From: an uncultured delta proteobacterium
GTDB lineage: Bacteria; Myxococcota; Myxococcia; Myxococcales; Myxococcaceae
Assembly: GCA_963796055.1 (NCBI GenBank)
Contig: CAWCKH010000003.1
Span: forward strand, 256,001 to 320,000
Length of the DNA stretch: 64,000 nucleotides
Direction: 5' to 3'
Both the position numbers and the translations under genes were made by a program. The notes beneath the pieces are model-generated. The model saw nothing but the letters and a program-made list of their open reading frames with translations, did no database searches and was not told the DNA's origin. Below are positions 50,707 to 61,077 of the stretch, in pieces. The first letter of the stretch is position 1; each line of letters opens with the position of its first letter.

Positions 50707-52851
50707 ATGCACATCCGCCACCTCGCGGCGCCGGCCCTGGCACTCGCCCTCGCCTGCGCCTCGAACGCGCCGCGCTCCACCCCTGCTGTCCCGCCCGCCG
50801 CTGCCGGTGCCGATGCTGCCCGGAGCACCCCGGCCGACGCCGGCACCCACGGGATCGACGTCGCCGGGATGGACCGCTCGGTCGCTCCGGGGGACGACTT
50901 CTTCCTCCACGCCAACGGGACCTGGGTGAAGGGCACCGACATTCCCGCCGACGCGAGCCGGTGGGGGACGTTCAACATCCTCAACGACCAGTCGATGCAG
51001 CGCACGCGCACGGTGCTGGAGGCCGCGGCCAGCGGAAGCGCCCCGGCAGGCTCCGAGGAGCGGAAGGTGGGCGACCTCTACGCCAGCTACCTCGACGAGG
51101 CGACCGTCGAGGCCCGCGGGCTCGAGCCGCTTCGCCCGAATCTCGCCGCGGTCGCCGCCCTCAGGGACAAGGCCGCGCTGGCCCGTGCGCTGGGCGCGGA
51201 CCTCCGGACCGACGTCGATGCGCTCAACGCGACGCACTACCACACCAGCCGGATCCTGGGATTCTGGGTGGCGCCCGACCTGAACCAGCCCACGGTGTAC
51301 GTCGGTTACCTGTTCCAGGGCGGACTCGGCATGCCTGACCGCGAGTACTACCTGTCCGCCAACCCCAAGATGGTCGCCACCCGCGACCGGTACCGAGCAC
51401 ACGTCGTGCGGGTGCTCCAGCTCGCGGGAATCGAAGGCGCGGAGCAGAAGGCCGGCCGCATCCTCGACCTCGAGACGCGAATGGCCAAGGTGCATGCCAC
51501 CCGCGCCGAGTCGCTCGAGGTTCGCAGGGCGGAGGCCTGGAAGCGGACCGAGTTCGCCGCGCAGGCTCCGGGGCTCGACTGGCGATCGTTCTTCTCCGCC
51601 GCGGGACTGGAGCAGCAGCAGACCCTGTTCGTCTGGCAGCCGGCCGCGGTGACCGGGCTCGCGGCGCTGGTGAAGCAAGTCCCGCTGTCGACCTGGAAGG
51701 CATGGATGACGTTTCACGCCATCGACCGCCAGGCCCCGCTCCTGCCGCGCACCTTCGTCGACGAGAACTTCGACTTCTACGGCAAGACGCTGGCCGGAAC
51801 TCCCGAGCTGAGCGCCCGGTGGAAGCGGGCGGTGGAGACGGTCAGCGAGATCCGCTCGAAGCAGGTGGGCTTCCGCGAGGAGGCCGCGATGGGGGACGCG
51901 GTCGGCAGGCTCTACGTGGCTCGCTACTTCCCCGCTTCGGCCAAGGTGCAGATCCAGGAGATGGTGCGGCAGATCATCGCCGCCTTCGATCGCCGCGTCG
52001 AGGCGCTGGACTGGATGGCGCCGGCGACGAAGGCACACGCCCGCGAGAAGCTCAAGACGCTGGTGGTCGGCGTCGGGTATCCGGATCGATGGGTGGACTA
52101 CTCGGGTCTGGAGATCTCCACGGATGACCTGGTGGGTAACATGCAGCGGGCCAGCCTCTTCGACTACCGCCGTCACCTCGCCCAGCTCGGCAAGCCGGTC
52201 GACACGGCGGACTGGTGCATGGAGCCGCAGACGGTCAACGCGGTGAACCTGCCCCTGCAGAACGGGCTCAACTTCCCCGCGGCCATCCTCCAGCCGCCGT
52301 TCTTCGACCCCGAGGCCCCGGCGGCGGTGAACTATGGCGGGATCGGCACGGTCATCGGCCACGAGATCAGCCACAGCTTCGATGACCAGGGGGCAATGTT
52401 CGACGCCCAGGGCCGGCTCCGGAACTGGTGGACCCCGGCAGACTTCGCGAAGTTCGAGGAGTCCGGGGCCCGGCTCGCCGCCCAGTTCGAGGCCTACCAC
52501 CCCTTCCCCGACCTGCACGTCAACGGCAAGCAGACCTTGGGCGAGAACATCGCCGACGTCGCGGGGCTCGCCGCCGCACACGACGGCTGGCGCGCGTCCC
52601 TCGGAGGCAAGGAGGCCCCGGAGGTGTCCGGGTTCACCGGCGAGCAGCAGTTCTTCCTCGCCTATGCACAGAACTGGCGAGGCAAGACCCGCGAACCGCT
52701 GGCCCGGCAGATGCTGATCGCGGACGGACACGCGCCCGGGCACTACCGCGCCCTCACCGTGCGGAACATCGACGCCTGGTATGCCGCCTTCGCGGTGAAG
52801 CCGGGCCAGCAGCTGTACCTGCCGCCGGAGCAGCGGATCCGCGTCTGGTGA
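50707..52851 (+). CDS. M13 (neprilysin/PepO) family metallopeptidase, lipoprotein
   Basis: Lipobox ALAC, PGDDFF.HANG.W, VNAVN, NYGGIGTVIGHEISHSFD, GENIAD. Confidence 0.94.
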   Translation: MHIRHLAAPALALALACASNAPRSTPAVPPAAAGADAARSTPADAGTHGIDVAGMDRSVAPGDDFFLHANGTWVKGTDIPADASRWGTFNILNDQSMQRTRTVLEAAASGSAPAGSEERKVGDLYASYLDEATVEARGLEPLRPNLAAVAALRDKAALARALGADLRTDVDALNATHYHTSRILGFWVAPDLNQPTVYVGYLFQGGLGMPDREYYLSANPKMVATRDRYRAHVVRVLQLAGIEGAEQKAGRILDLETRMAKVHATRAESLEVRRAEAWKRTEFAAQAPGLDWRSFFSAAGLEQQQTLFVWQPAAVTGLAALVKQVPLSTWKAWMTFHAIDRQAPLLPRTFVDENFDFYGKTLAGTPELSARWKRAVETVSEIRSKQVGFREEAAMGDAVGRLYVARYFPASAKVQIQEMVRQIIAAFDRRVEALDWMAPATKAHAREKLKTLVVGVGYPDRWVDYSGLEISTDDLVGNMQRASLFDYRRHLAQLGKPVDTADWCMEPQTVNAVNLPLQNGLNFPAAILQPPFFDPEAPAAVNYGGIGTVIGHEISHSFDDQGAMFDAQGRLRNWWTPADFAKFEESGARLAAQFEAYHPFPDLHVNGKQTLGENIADVAGLAAAHDGWRASLGGKEAPEVSGFTGEQQFFLAYAQNWRGKTREPLARQMLIADGHAPGHYRALTVRNIDAWYAAFAVKPGQQLYLPPEQRIRVW

Positions 52852-52859
52852 GCGGGCGC

Positions 52860-53612
<753 letters not shown>

Positions 53613-53624
53613 GGGAGCAGCCGA

Positions 53625-54392
53625 CTACATCGTGAGGCCGCCGTCCACGTCCAGGGTGCGCCCGTTGAAGTAGTCGCACTCGATGCAGAAGCGCACCCCG
53701 AGCCAGATGTCCTCGGGGTCGCCGATGCGGCCGACCGGGATGGCCGAGACCAGGGCCTCGCGCGCCCGGGCGTTCATCCCCCGGGTCATCGGGGTGTCGA
53801 TCATCCCCGGGGCCACCGCCGCGGCCCGGATGCCGAACGGCGCCCACTCGCGGGCCCAGGTGAAGGTGTTCGCGGCCAGGGCGGCCTTGGCCGCCACGTA
53901 ATTCGACTGCCCCCGGTTTCCGTGGCGGGCGATGCTGGAGATGCTGACCACCACCCCGGGCCGGGTGCCGGTCTCGACCATCTTCCGCACCGCCTCGCGG
54001 ACCAGGAGCGTGGCCCCGGTGAGGTTCACCGCCAGGACCGCGTCCCACTGCTCCTTGGACAGCACGGTCACCTCGCCGGTGTGCCGGTCCTTCTTCACCA
54101 GCAGCCCGTCGCGGAGGATGCCGGCGTTGTTCACCAGCGCGTTCAGTCCCCCCATCGCCCCGTGCGCCCACTCCACGAAGGCCTGGACGTCCGACTCCTG
54201 CGAGACGTCGAGCAGACGGGCGTGGAGCTTGCCGCCGGTCCCCCGCGCGAGCTCCAGGGTGTCCGCCAGGCCCTGCGGGTTCAGGTCCCCGATGGCGACC
54301 TCGGCGCCCGCCTGGCAGAGCCGGAGCGCAAAGTTGCGCCCCAGCCCCTGGGCTGCGCCCGAGACGATGCACTTCACCGAAGCGAGGTCCAT
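53625..54392 (-). CDS. FabG-like SDR oxidoreductase
   Basis: SGAAQGLG, NNAGILRDG, GQSNYVAAK, VAPGMIDT. Confidence 0.9.
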   Translation of the reverse strand: MDLASVKCIVSGAAQGLGRNFALRLCQAGAEVAIGDLNPQGLADTLELARGTGGKLHARLLDVSQESDVQAFVEWAHGAMGGLNALVNNAGILRDGLLVKKDRHTGEVTVLSKEQWDAVLAVNLTGATLLVREAVRKMVETGTRPGVVVSISSIARHGNRGQSNYVAAKAALAANTFTWAREWAPFGIRAAAVAPGMIDTPMTRGMNARAREALVSAIPVGRIGDPEDIWLGVRFCIECDYFNGRTLDVDGGLTM

Positions 54393-54552
54393 GCGGCCGC
54401 TCCCCTCCCGGAGCACGGTGCGCCGACATCTCCCATCCGGACTCCCGGACGGAGGCGGCGAGGCCAGGTCTCCGCCGCCAACGGACTGTACGGCCTCGGG
54501 TCCAGGCGGGACAGAAATTCCGGGGGTCTCTGGCCTACACTCCGCCCTCTCC

Positions 54553-55161
54553 ATGCGCCGGCTCATGTTCGTGGCCCTCGCGGTGCTGGCGGCCGGGGGG
54601 GCCTGGTGGCTGAGGAAGCAGAGCGTCACGTCGTCCTACGGCGCCTACAGCGACGCCCAGCTGCAGACGCTCGAGGCCGGCTATCGCGCGGCGATGCACC
54701 CCGCGCCGGGACCGGGGATCAGCACCGTGACGGGCCGCGAGGCCACGCTCGACGCCGAGCTCTCCCTGGTGGTGCTGGAGAAGGAGCAGCACCGCCGGCT
54801 CGCGCTCCGGGGGTTGGCGCTGGTCGCGGTCCTGGCCAGCGTCGGAGCGCTGCTCCTCGGACGGCGCGAGGGCCGAAGGGCGCGGGGAGAGGAGGCGCGG
54901 CTGCTGAAGGCGATGGGAGATCCGGCCGCGCTGCTCGAGGGAGAGCGGCACAAGGCGGCCCGGCTGCTGGGGGTGACGCTCGAGGCTCCCCTGGAGGTGG
55001 TGGACGCCGCGCTGGCCGCGCAGCTCGCGGCCCGCGACCTCGGCCGGCTGGACGGGCTCGCACCCGATCTCCGGCGGCTGGCGCTCGACCAGCGGGAAGC
55101 CCTCCAGCGCGCCCGAGATCTGCTGATCACCGGATCGGCCGGCGGCCCGCCTCAGCAGTGA
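54553..55161 (+). CDS. Membrane protein with degenerate DjlA-like J-domain
   Basis: Two TM segments; C-terminal AARLLGV..EAPLEVV..A...L..RDLGRLDGLAPDLRRLA..QREALQRARDLL. Confidence 0.55.
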   Translation: MRRLMFVALAVLAAGGAWWLRKQSVTSSYGAYSDAQLQTLEAGYRAAMHPAPGPGISTVTGREATLDAELSLVVLEKEQHRRLALRGLALVAVLASVGALLLGRREGRRARGEEARLLKAMGDPAALLEGERHKAARLLGVTLEAPLEVVDAALAAQLAARDLGRLDGLAPDLRRLALDQREALQRARDLLITGSAGGPPQQ

Positions 55162-55514
55162 GCCCGGAGCAGGCTCAGCAGCTCGCGCACGCTGGGCGGC
55201 TTCTTCAGCACCGACACCGCGTCGAGCCCGCGGGCGTGGTGCTCGAGGTCCCGGTACGCCGAGAGCACCACCACCGGGATGGAGGCCAGCCGCGAACTGC
55301 TGCGCTGGGCCTCGCGGAAGGCCGCCCCGTCCATCACCGGCATCATCAGGTCCAGGAGGATGACGCAGGGGAGCTCCGCGGCGCGGGCCAGGAAGTCGAG
55401 CGCGGCGGCCCCATCGGCCATCCCCACCGCGGAGAACCCGTGCTCCTCGATGATCTCCACCAGCGCCTGGCGGATGTCGGGGTCATCCTCGACCACCAGG
55501 ACGGTGTGACTCAC
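55152..55514 (-). CDS. Single-domain response regulator (CheY-like)
   Basis: VLVVEDD, ILLDLMMPVMDG, IPVVVLSA, LKKP; GTG overlaps the kinase stop. Confidence 0.92.
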   Translation of the reverse strand: MSHTVLVVEDDPDIRQALVEIIEEHGFSAVGMADGAAALDFLARAAELPCVILLDLMMPVMDGAAFREAQRSSSRLASIPVVVLSAYRDLEHHARGLDAVSVLKKPPSVRELLSLLRAHC

Positions 55515-56680
55515 CGGACGCTCCTGGCATCGATCGCCCTTGGGAGCCGGATGACGAAGTGCGCTCCCTTCGTGCCCAGGTGTGCGAGGTGGATCCCGCC
55601 CCCGTGCGCCTCGACAATCTGCCGGGACACGTAGAGGCCCAGACCCAGCCCTCCGAAGTGCCGCATCGGAGCGCCGCGCTCGAACCGCTCGAAGAGCCGC
55701 TCCCATTCCGACTCGGGGATGCCCGGCCCTGCGTCCGACACCCGGAGCGTCACCTCCCGCTCCGCTCCCTCGAGCACCAAGTCCACCGGCGTCCCGGCGG
55801 CGTACTTCAGCGCGTTGGCGAGGAGGTTGGTGACCACCTGCTCGATGCGCAACCGGTCCCAACAGCCCTGGAGCGAGCCCGGGGCGTGCACCGTCACCAC
55901 CGAGCCGGAGCGGAGGGCATGCTCCCGGAAGCGCTCCACCACCTCGTGTACCGCCTCCGTGAGATCGAACGGAGTCGGGCTGAGGCTGAAGCTCCCGGTG
56001 GTGATCCGGGAGACGTCGAGCAGCGTGTCCACCAGGGTGACCAGCCGCTCGCCGCTCCGGCAGGCCCGCTCCACCTTGGCCCGGACACGGGCATCCATTC
56101 CCTCCGGCCGCTCGAGCAGGCTCTGGAGCTGCAGCTGCACCGCGCTCAGCGGGGTCCGCAGCTCGTGGGCGGCGATGGAGAGGAACTCGTCGCGGAGCCG
56201 CACCGCCTCCTCGGCGTGCGCCAGCCGGAGCTGCTCCTGCTGGGCCCGGAGCCGCTCGGTCAGGTCGCGGGTCACCTTGGCGAAGCCGATCAGCCGGCCG
56301 GCATCGTCGACGAGGGCGGTGATCACCACGTCGGCCCAGAAGCGGGTGCCGTCCTTGCGCACCCGCCAGCCCTCGCTCTCCACCCGGCCCTCGCGCGCCG
56401 CTTCGGAGAGCAGCCTCGCGGGCAGTCCGCGGGCGATGTCCTCTGGCGTGTAGAACCGGGACATGTGCTGCCCGATGATCTCCTGGGCGGTGTAGCCCTT
56501 GGTGTGCTCGGCCCCGGCGTTCCAGGTCTCGATCCGGCCCGTGGGGTCGAGCATGAAGATGGCGTAGTCCTTGACGCTGGAGACCAGCGCCCGGAACCGC
56601 TCATCGCCCGAGCGAGAGCTCCCCGCCTCCGGTTCCCCGGGAACGGGGAAAATCTCCGTCTGCGGCGGGGGGGATGTCAT
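55511..56680 (-). CDS. PAS-domain sensor histidine kinase
   Basis: PAS (DYAIFMLDP..WNAGAE, RKDGTRFWA), AAHELRTPL, NLLANALKY, DAGPG, GLGLGL. Confidence 0.94.
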   Translation of the reverse strand: MTSPPPQTEIFPVPGEPEAGSSRSGDERFRALVSSVKDYAIFMLDPTGRIETWNAGAEHTKGYTAQEIIGQHMSRFYTPEDIARGLPARLLSEAAREGRVESEGWRVRKDGTRFWADVVITALVDDAGRLIGFAKVTRDLTERLRAQQEQLRLAHAEEAVRLRDEFLSIAAHELRTPLSAVQLQLQSLLERPEGMDARVRAKVERACRSGERLVTLVDTLLDVSRITTGSFSLSPTPFDLTEAVHEVVERFREHALRSGSVVTVHAPGSLQGCWDRLRIEQVVTNLLANALKYAAGTPVDLVLEGAEREVTLRVSDAGPGIPESEWERLFERFERGAPMRHFGGLGLGLYVSRQIVEAHGGGIHLAHLGTKGAHFVIRLPRAIDARSVR

Positions 56681-56785
56681 CCGAGGGTCAACGCTCAAGA
56701 TTGACACCGAACACGCTCCAGCGCTCCTTCCCGGCGAGGCGCTGCGTTCAGTCCACGGCAGATTGCCCTCGACTCGCGTTTCCGG

Positions 56786-58144
56786 TCAGGGTGCTCCCTC
56801 GGCCCCGGTGCGAGGGGGCCAGACCGCCCCAGGGGGGCCGGGGCGTCCGGCCTCCTCGTCGCTCCGGACCAGGTCGGCCCGGGACGAGCCCCTCGGAAGC
56901 CGGAGACGGACCCGCGTCCCCACCCCGAGCTCCGACGAGAGGGACACCGAGCCGCCCAGCGCGCGCACGTAGCTGTCGACGATCGCCAGCCCGAGCCCGT
57001 GGCCCGTGCCCTCGGAGGTTCCCCGGAAGAACGGCTCGAACGCACGGCGCGCGGCGCTCGCCTCCATCCCCACGCCGTTGTCGACGATGTCCAGGGTCAT
57101 CCATCGTGGGTCGATCCGGCTCGATACCTCCAGGTGGCACGCACGCTCCGCGGCGCGGTACTTCAGGGCGTTTCCGAGGACGTTGCGGAGAATCTGCCCC
57201 AGCACCTCGGGCGCGCAGCGCACCGTCCCCTCCTCGAGCTGGAGCCGGAGCTCAGCCTGGGCCGCGGCGCCCAGCTCCTCGAGTGCCTCGTGTACCGCGC
57301 CGGGCACCTCGGTGTGCCCCTGCGGAAGGCGCCCCGAGCGGGAGAAGGCCAGCATCGCCTCGATGAGGGCGGACATCCGGGACGCGGAGCCGACGATCCG
57401 GGAGGCGAGGCGCGCGTCCGCCTCGTCCCTTCCGGAGCGGACGATGAGGCTCGCCAGGTTGTGAATCGGCACCAGCGGAGTGCGCAGGTCGTGGGCAGCG
57501 CGGGCGGCAAACGCCTCGAGCTCGTGGTTCTTCGACTCGACCAAGTCGAGACTGCGCGCCGTGGCCTGGCGTTCCCGGGCCATCGAGCGGAGCCGCGAGG
57601 CCGCGACCTGGATCACCACCAGCAGCACCACGGCTCCGGCCAGCGTGTCCACCAGGATCTGCCGCCGTCCCAGGCCGAGGAGGCGGGTCCCGATCGCCTC
57701 GGCCTCGATCCGGTTGATGGCGATGAGGCGGTTCACCGACTCGACTGCGGTCCGCGTGTCGCGCCCGAGTGCCTCGCGGTCTCCCCGCGCGCGGTCGCGG
57801 GAGAGCGCGTCGGTGAGTCCGCGGAGCGTGAGCCACTCGGGGCGCTCACCCTCGAACGTCGCCAGCGGCTCGTAGGCCTGCACGTCGCGGGCGAGCCACT
57901 CCAGCGCCTGCAGCCCGCCCGGGTTGCTCGCCGCTTCCGATGCCTGCGCCGGGGCCAGGCGCAGCAGCTGCCAGCGCATGTCGTCGGCCAGCTCCACGGA
58001 ACGCAGCGCGTTGGCCGACAGCGCCTCGGTGCCCCGCGCGGTCGCCGACGCCACCCAGGCATCGACCAGGCCCACCAGGAGAATCACCCCGGCGACGACT
58101 CCTACGGAGAAGATGCCGCGCCTCGGCTTGCGCAGCTCGAGCAT
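56786..58144 (-). CDS. Membrane-bound sensor histidine kinase
   Basis: Two TM segments, AAHDLRTPL, NVLGNALKY, DNGVG, FEPFF, GHGLGL. Confidence 0.9.
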   Translation of the reverse strand: MLELRKPRRGIFSVGVVAGVILLVGLVDAWVASATARGTEALSANALRSVELADDMRWQLLRLAPAQASEAASNPGGLQALEWLARDVQAYEPLATFEGERPEWLTLRGLTDALSRDRARGDREALGRDTRTAVESVNRLIAINRIEAEAIGTRLLGLGRRQILVDTLAGAVVLLVVIQVAASRLRSMARERQATARSLDLVESKNHELEAFAARAAHDLRTPLVPIHNLASLIVRSGRDEADARLASRIVGSASRMSALIEAMLAFSRSGRLPQGHTEVPGAVHEALEELGAAAQAELRLQLEEGTVRCAPEVLGQILRNVLGNALKYRAAERACHLEVSSRIDPRWMTLDIVDNGVGMEASAARRAFEPFFRGTSEGTGHGLGLAIVDSYVRALGGSVSLSSELGVGTRVRLRLPRGSSRADLVRSDEEAGRPGPPGAVWPPRTGAEGAP

Positions 58145-58302
58145 GGCCTCCACGTACCACCGCTCACCCGCGCACCGATCCACGGCGCCGCGTCCACAGG
58201 CGACCGGCCGTCGAAAATCCGATGAAGTCCGGCCCAGGCGCAACAGGGTCACAGCTCACAGCGGTGGCCCCGGCCCGGGCGGCTACACTCCCCGGGAAGT
58301 CG

Positions 58303-59568
58303 ATGCGAACCTCCCGGGCCGCGCTCATCCTCGCCGTCCTCGTCTGGGCTCCCGCACGCGCCGGGGACGACGAGGAGCTCCTCCGCGAGGCGGAGCGGAT
58401 GGTGCGCATGCAGGGCGGCGGGGCCGCCTCGGTCGAGGAGCTGCGTGCGCTGGTCGCCGAGACGCTCCCCCGGGTGGGAAAGGTGATGCGCCTGCCGGTT
58501 CCGGCGCGGATCGACCTCAAGGTGGTCTCCCGGCAGCAGGCGCGCGCGGCGCTGCTGGAGGTCCTCCGCCGCGACTACCCCGGAGATCTCCTGGAGCGTC
58601 TCTCGGAGGCCCTGGCCGCCGTGGGGCTGGTCGCGCCAGGAACGGACCTCCGCGCCGAGGCACAGGCGCTGTACGGCGCGAACGTGTCCGGCTTCTACGA
58701 TCCGCGCCAGCGGCGCCTCTATCTGCTGTCGGATCAACCGCTGGCCGCGCAGACCCTCGTCGTCGCCCACGAGCTGGCGCACGCCGTCCAGGACGAGGCC
58801 ATCCCACTCGACGCCGCCTCGCGGAAGGTGCGGGCCTCGGAGGACGCACAGCTGGCGCTGTCTGCGGCCATCGAGGGCCAGGCCCAGGAGGTGGCGGCGC
58901 TGGTGCTCGCCGGGGACGCCGGAGCCGGCGACGAGGGACTCGAGCTGGGCAGCTTCCTCACCGACGCTGCCGCTGCGAGCGCGGCGATGGCCGCCGGTCA
59001 GGCCTCGGTCCCGTGGCTCGGGCTCCAGCTGTCGTTTCCCTACGCCCAGGGGGCACGCCTGGTGGCGGCGATCCGGACCCCGCAGGACCCGGGCGCGACG
59101 TCGCTCCTGCACCGCTTGCCGCGGTCCACCGCGCAGGTCCTCGACCCGGCGCTCTACCGCGCGGACGAGCGTCCCCGGGAGGCCCGCCTCGACCTCGCCG
59201 CCCGCATCCCGGGGAGCGCGGCGGTCTACGCCACCACGCTCGGGGCGGCCAACCTCAACCTCTTCGGGGAGCTGCACGGCGGCGGCGAGCTCGGCCGGGA
59301 CTGGCGCGGAGACCGGCTGGAGACCGTCCGCCAGGGGAGCCAGCTCTGTGCCGCGTGGGCGGTGGCCTTCGCCTCGCCCGAGGGCGCGGAGCGCCTGGTG
59401 AAGGCCTGGGGCGGAGCGCTCGGGGGCGGAGCCGGCCAGGCCGTGACCCAGCCGGACGGGTCGCGCTCCGTCGTCCGGCAGAGCGGGAGCGTGGCCGTGC
59501 TGCTGCAGAACGTGCCGCCCGCATTGGTCAACGCGCTGGTCTCGGCGGCGGCCGGCGCGTTCCGGTAG
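58303..59568 (+). CDS. Exported zinc metalloprotease-like protein
   Basis: Signal peptide, GFYDP, AHELAHAVQD...AAIEGQA, FPYAQG, PRSTAQVL.P, W.GD. Confidence 0.75.
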   Translation: MRTSRAALILAVLVWAPARAGDDEELLREAERMVRMQGGGAASVEELRALVAETLPRVGKVMRLPVPARIDLKVVSRQQARAALLEVLRRDYPGDLLERLSEALAAVGLVAPGTDLRAEAQALYGANVSGFYDPRQRRLYLLSDQPLAAQTLVVAHELAHAVQDEAIPLDAASRKVRASEDAQLALSAAIEGQAQEVAALVLAGDAGAGDEGLELGSFLTDAAAASAAMAAGQASVPWLGLQLSFPYAQGARLVAAIRTPQDPGATSLLHRLPRSTAQVLDPALYRADERPREARLDLAARIPGSAAVYATTLGAANLNLFGELHGGGELGRDWRGDRLETVRQGSQLCAAWAVAFASPEGAERLVKAWGGALGGGAGQAVTQPDGSRSVVRQSGSVAVLLQNVPPALVNALVSAAAGAFR

Positions 59569-59949
59569 CTACTTGCCGCCCTTGGCCGGGGCGGAGAGCT
59601 GGCGGACGTAGGCCACCACGGACTGGACCTCCGCCGGCGACAGCTTGGTCGCGGGCATGTCCTTCGACAGGCCCTTGGCCGGACCGCCGCCGGTGATGAC
59701 CCCGGCCAGGAAGTCGTCCGAGCGCTTGGAGAGCGCGGCGCGGTCGGTCAGGTCCGAGGGCTTGGTCGTGTAGTAGGCCGCGTCCTCCCCGTCGCCCTTC
59801 CCGGTGACCCCGTGGCAGCTGGCGCACTGGCGGTCGTAGATCGCCTTCCCCGCTGCCGGGTCGGGCTTCGCCGCCCCTGCAGCCGTGGCAGCGGTGGCGC
59901 CGAGGACCGCGGCCAGTGCGGTGACCCGCATCGAGTTCCGGACCTCCAT
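59569..59949 (-). CDS. Class I monohaem cytochrome c, exported
   Basis: Signal peptide, GKAIY..QCASCHG..GKGDG, distal MP, VVAYVR; GGAG RBS. Confidence 0.9.
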   Translation of the reverse strand: MEVRNSMRVTALAAVLGATAATAAGAAKPDPAAGKAIYDRQCASCHGVTGKGDGEDAAYYTTKPSDLTDRAALSKRSDDFLAGVITGGGPAKGLSKDMPATKLSPAEVQSVVAYVRQLSAPAKGGK

Positions 59950-60010
59950 GCGACTCCTCCTGGCCCCCCGGGGGGCGACGCCGCGCGAGACTAGCCTGCC
60001 GGAGCGCGCA

Positions 60011-60421
60011 CTACGGCCTCGCGGTGGGCTTCCCTGCGTCTTTCCAGCCCTTCAGCCCGGGCGCGAGGACGCTCACCCGGGTGTAACCCGCCTCGACCGC
60101 CCGACCGGCGGCCGTGTGCGAGGCCGTTCAATGCCTGTTGGAGCAATAGAAGACGAGGGGCGCGTTCCGGTCCGCGGGAAGCTCCGTCCTGAGATCGTAC
60201 GCCTCGAACGAGCTCAGCAGCCTCGCGCCGGGGATGACCCCGTTCTTCTCGCGGAACTCCGCGTCGTTGGCGTCGAGGACGGTGACCGGGCTCCTGGCGT
60301 CCTTCTGCATGGACTCGAGCTCGGGCACCTCGATGAACCGGAACTTCTCCTTGGACTCCGAGGCGATGGTCAGCCCCGGGGCGAGCACGAGGCCCAGGGC
60401 CAAGAAAGCGAAGCGCGTCAT
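60011..60421 (-). CDS. Exported rhodanese-like protein, probable selenoprotein (Sec98, TGA at 60128-60130)
   Basis: Signal peptide; VLDAN..GVIPGA..LVFYCSNRH-TGA-TASHTAAGRAVEAGYTRVSVLAPGLKGWKDAGKP completes the rhodanese fold; TAG at 60011-60013. Confidence 0.85.
60089..60127 (-). promoter_or_regulatory. Bacterial SECIS-like hairpin
   Basis: Directly 3' of UGA: stem CGGCCGCC/GGCGGUCG around loop GGUCG, alternative lower stem GCCUCG/CGAGGC; loop starts 21 nt after UGA. Confidence 0.75.
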
Positions 60422-60581
60422 GGTCCCCGCGGTGCTAGCCACCGGCGCCACCGGTGGGCAAGCCAATTTCGCGCACCGTCCCGCCGTCCATCCGGTACGA
60501 CCTCGTCCGACCCCGGATGGAGGTCGGCTGTTCTGCGGGCCAGCTGGCGAGTAGGCGAGCTTCCGCTACAGTGTCGACAAG

Positions 60582-61070
60582 GTGACCCGGCCCCTGACCC
60601 GTCGGCTCGCTCCGCTCCTCGTCATGCTCGGTGGATGTGGTGTCGCCGCGCCGGAGATCGACCCGGCGGCCTCCTGCACCCTGGGCTCCGTCCCCGTGCT
60701 GCTCGAGCAAGGCGTCGCCCTCCGCGGTTCGGCCGAGGCCAGCTGCCGGACGTTCGCCTCGATTCTCGAGGACTACCGGGCGACGTTCGAGGAAGCCTGG
60801 GGGGCCGCCGCGCTGCAGGAGGAGGGGTGGACGGTGCGGGTGCGCGCCGGCAGCGCAGCAGATGCGGAGGGGCACACCGGAGTCACCTACCACCACTCGA
60901 GGGTCGTCGACGTTGCCGAGGTTGCGCTGGAGACCTTTCCTCACGAGCTTCGCCACGTGCAGCTGGGGCGGGGCTCCGACGACCACCACGGCTGGTGCAG
61001 CAGCTTCGCGCCGTGGGAGGAACGGGTGCTCGGCGTGGACGAGCGGGCGTATCTCGGGTGCCCGCCGTAG
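60582..61070 (+). CDS. Small lipoprotein with HExxH motif
   Basis: Lipobox LGGC, FPHELRHVQL..DDHHGW; several Cys. Confidence 0.65.
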   Translation: MTRPLTRRLAPLLVMLGGCGVAAPEIDPAASCTLGSVPVLLEQGVALRGSAEASCRTFASILEDYRATFEEAWGAAALQEEGWTVRVRAGSAADAEGHTGVTYHHSRVVDVAEVALETFPHELRHVQLGRGSDDHHGWCSSFAPWEERVLGVDERAYLGCPP

Positions 61071-61077
61071 TCCTTCT

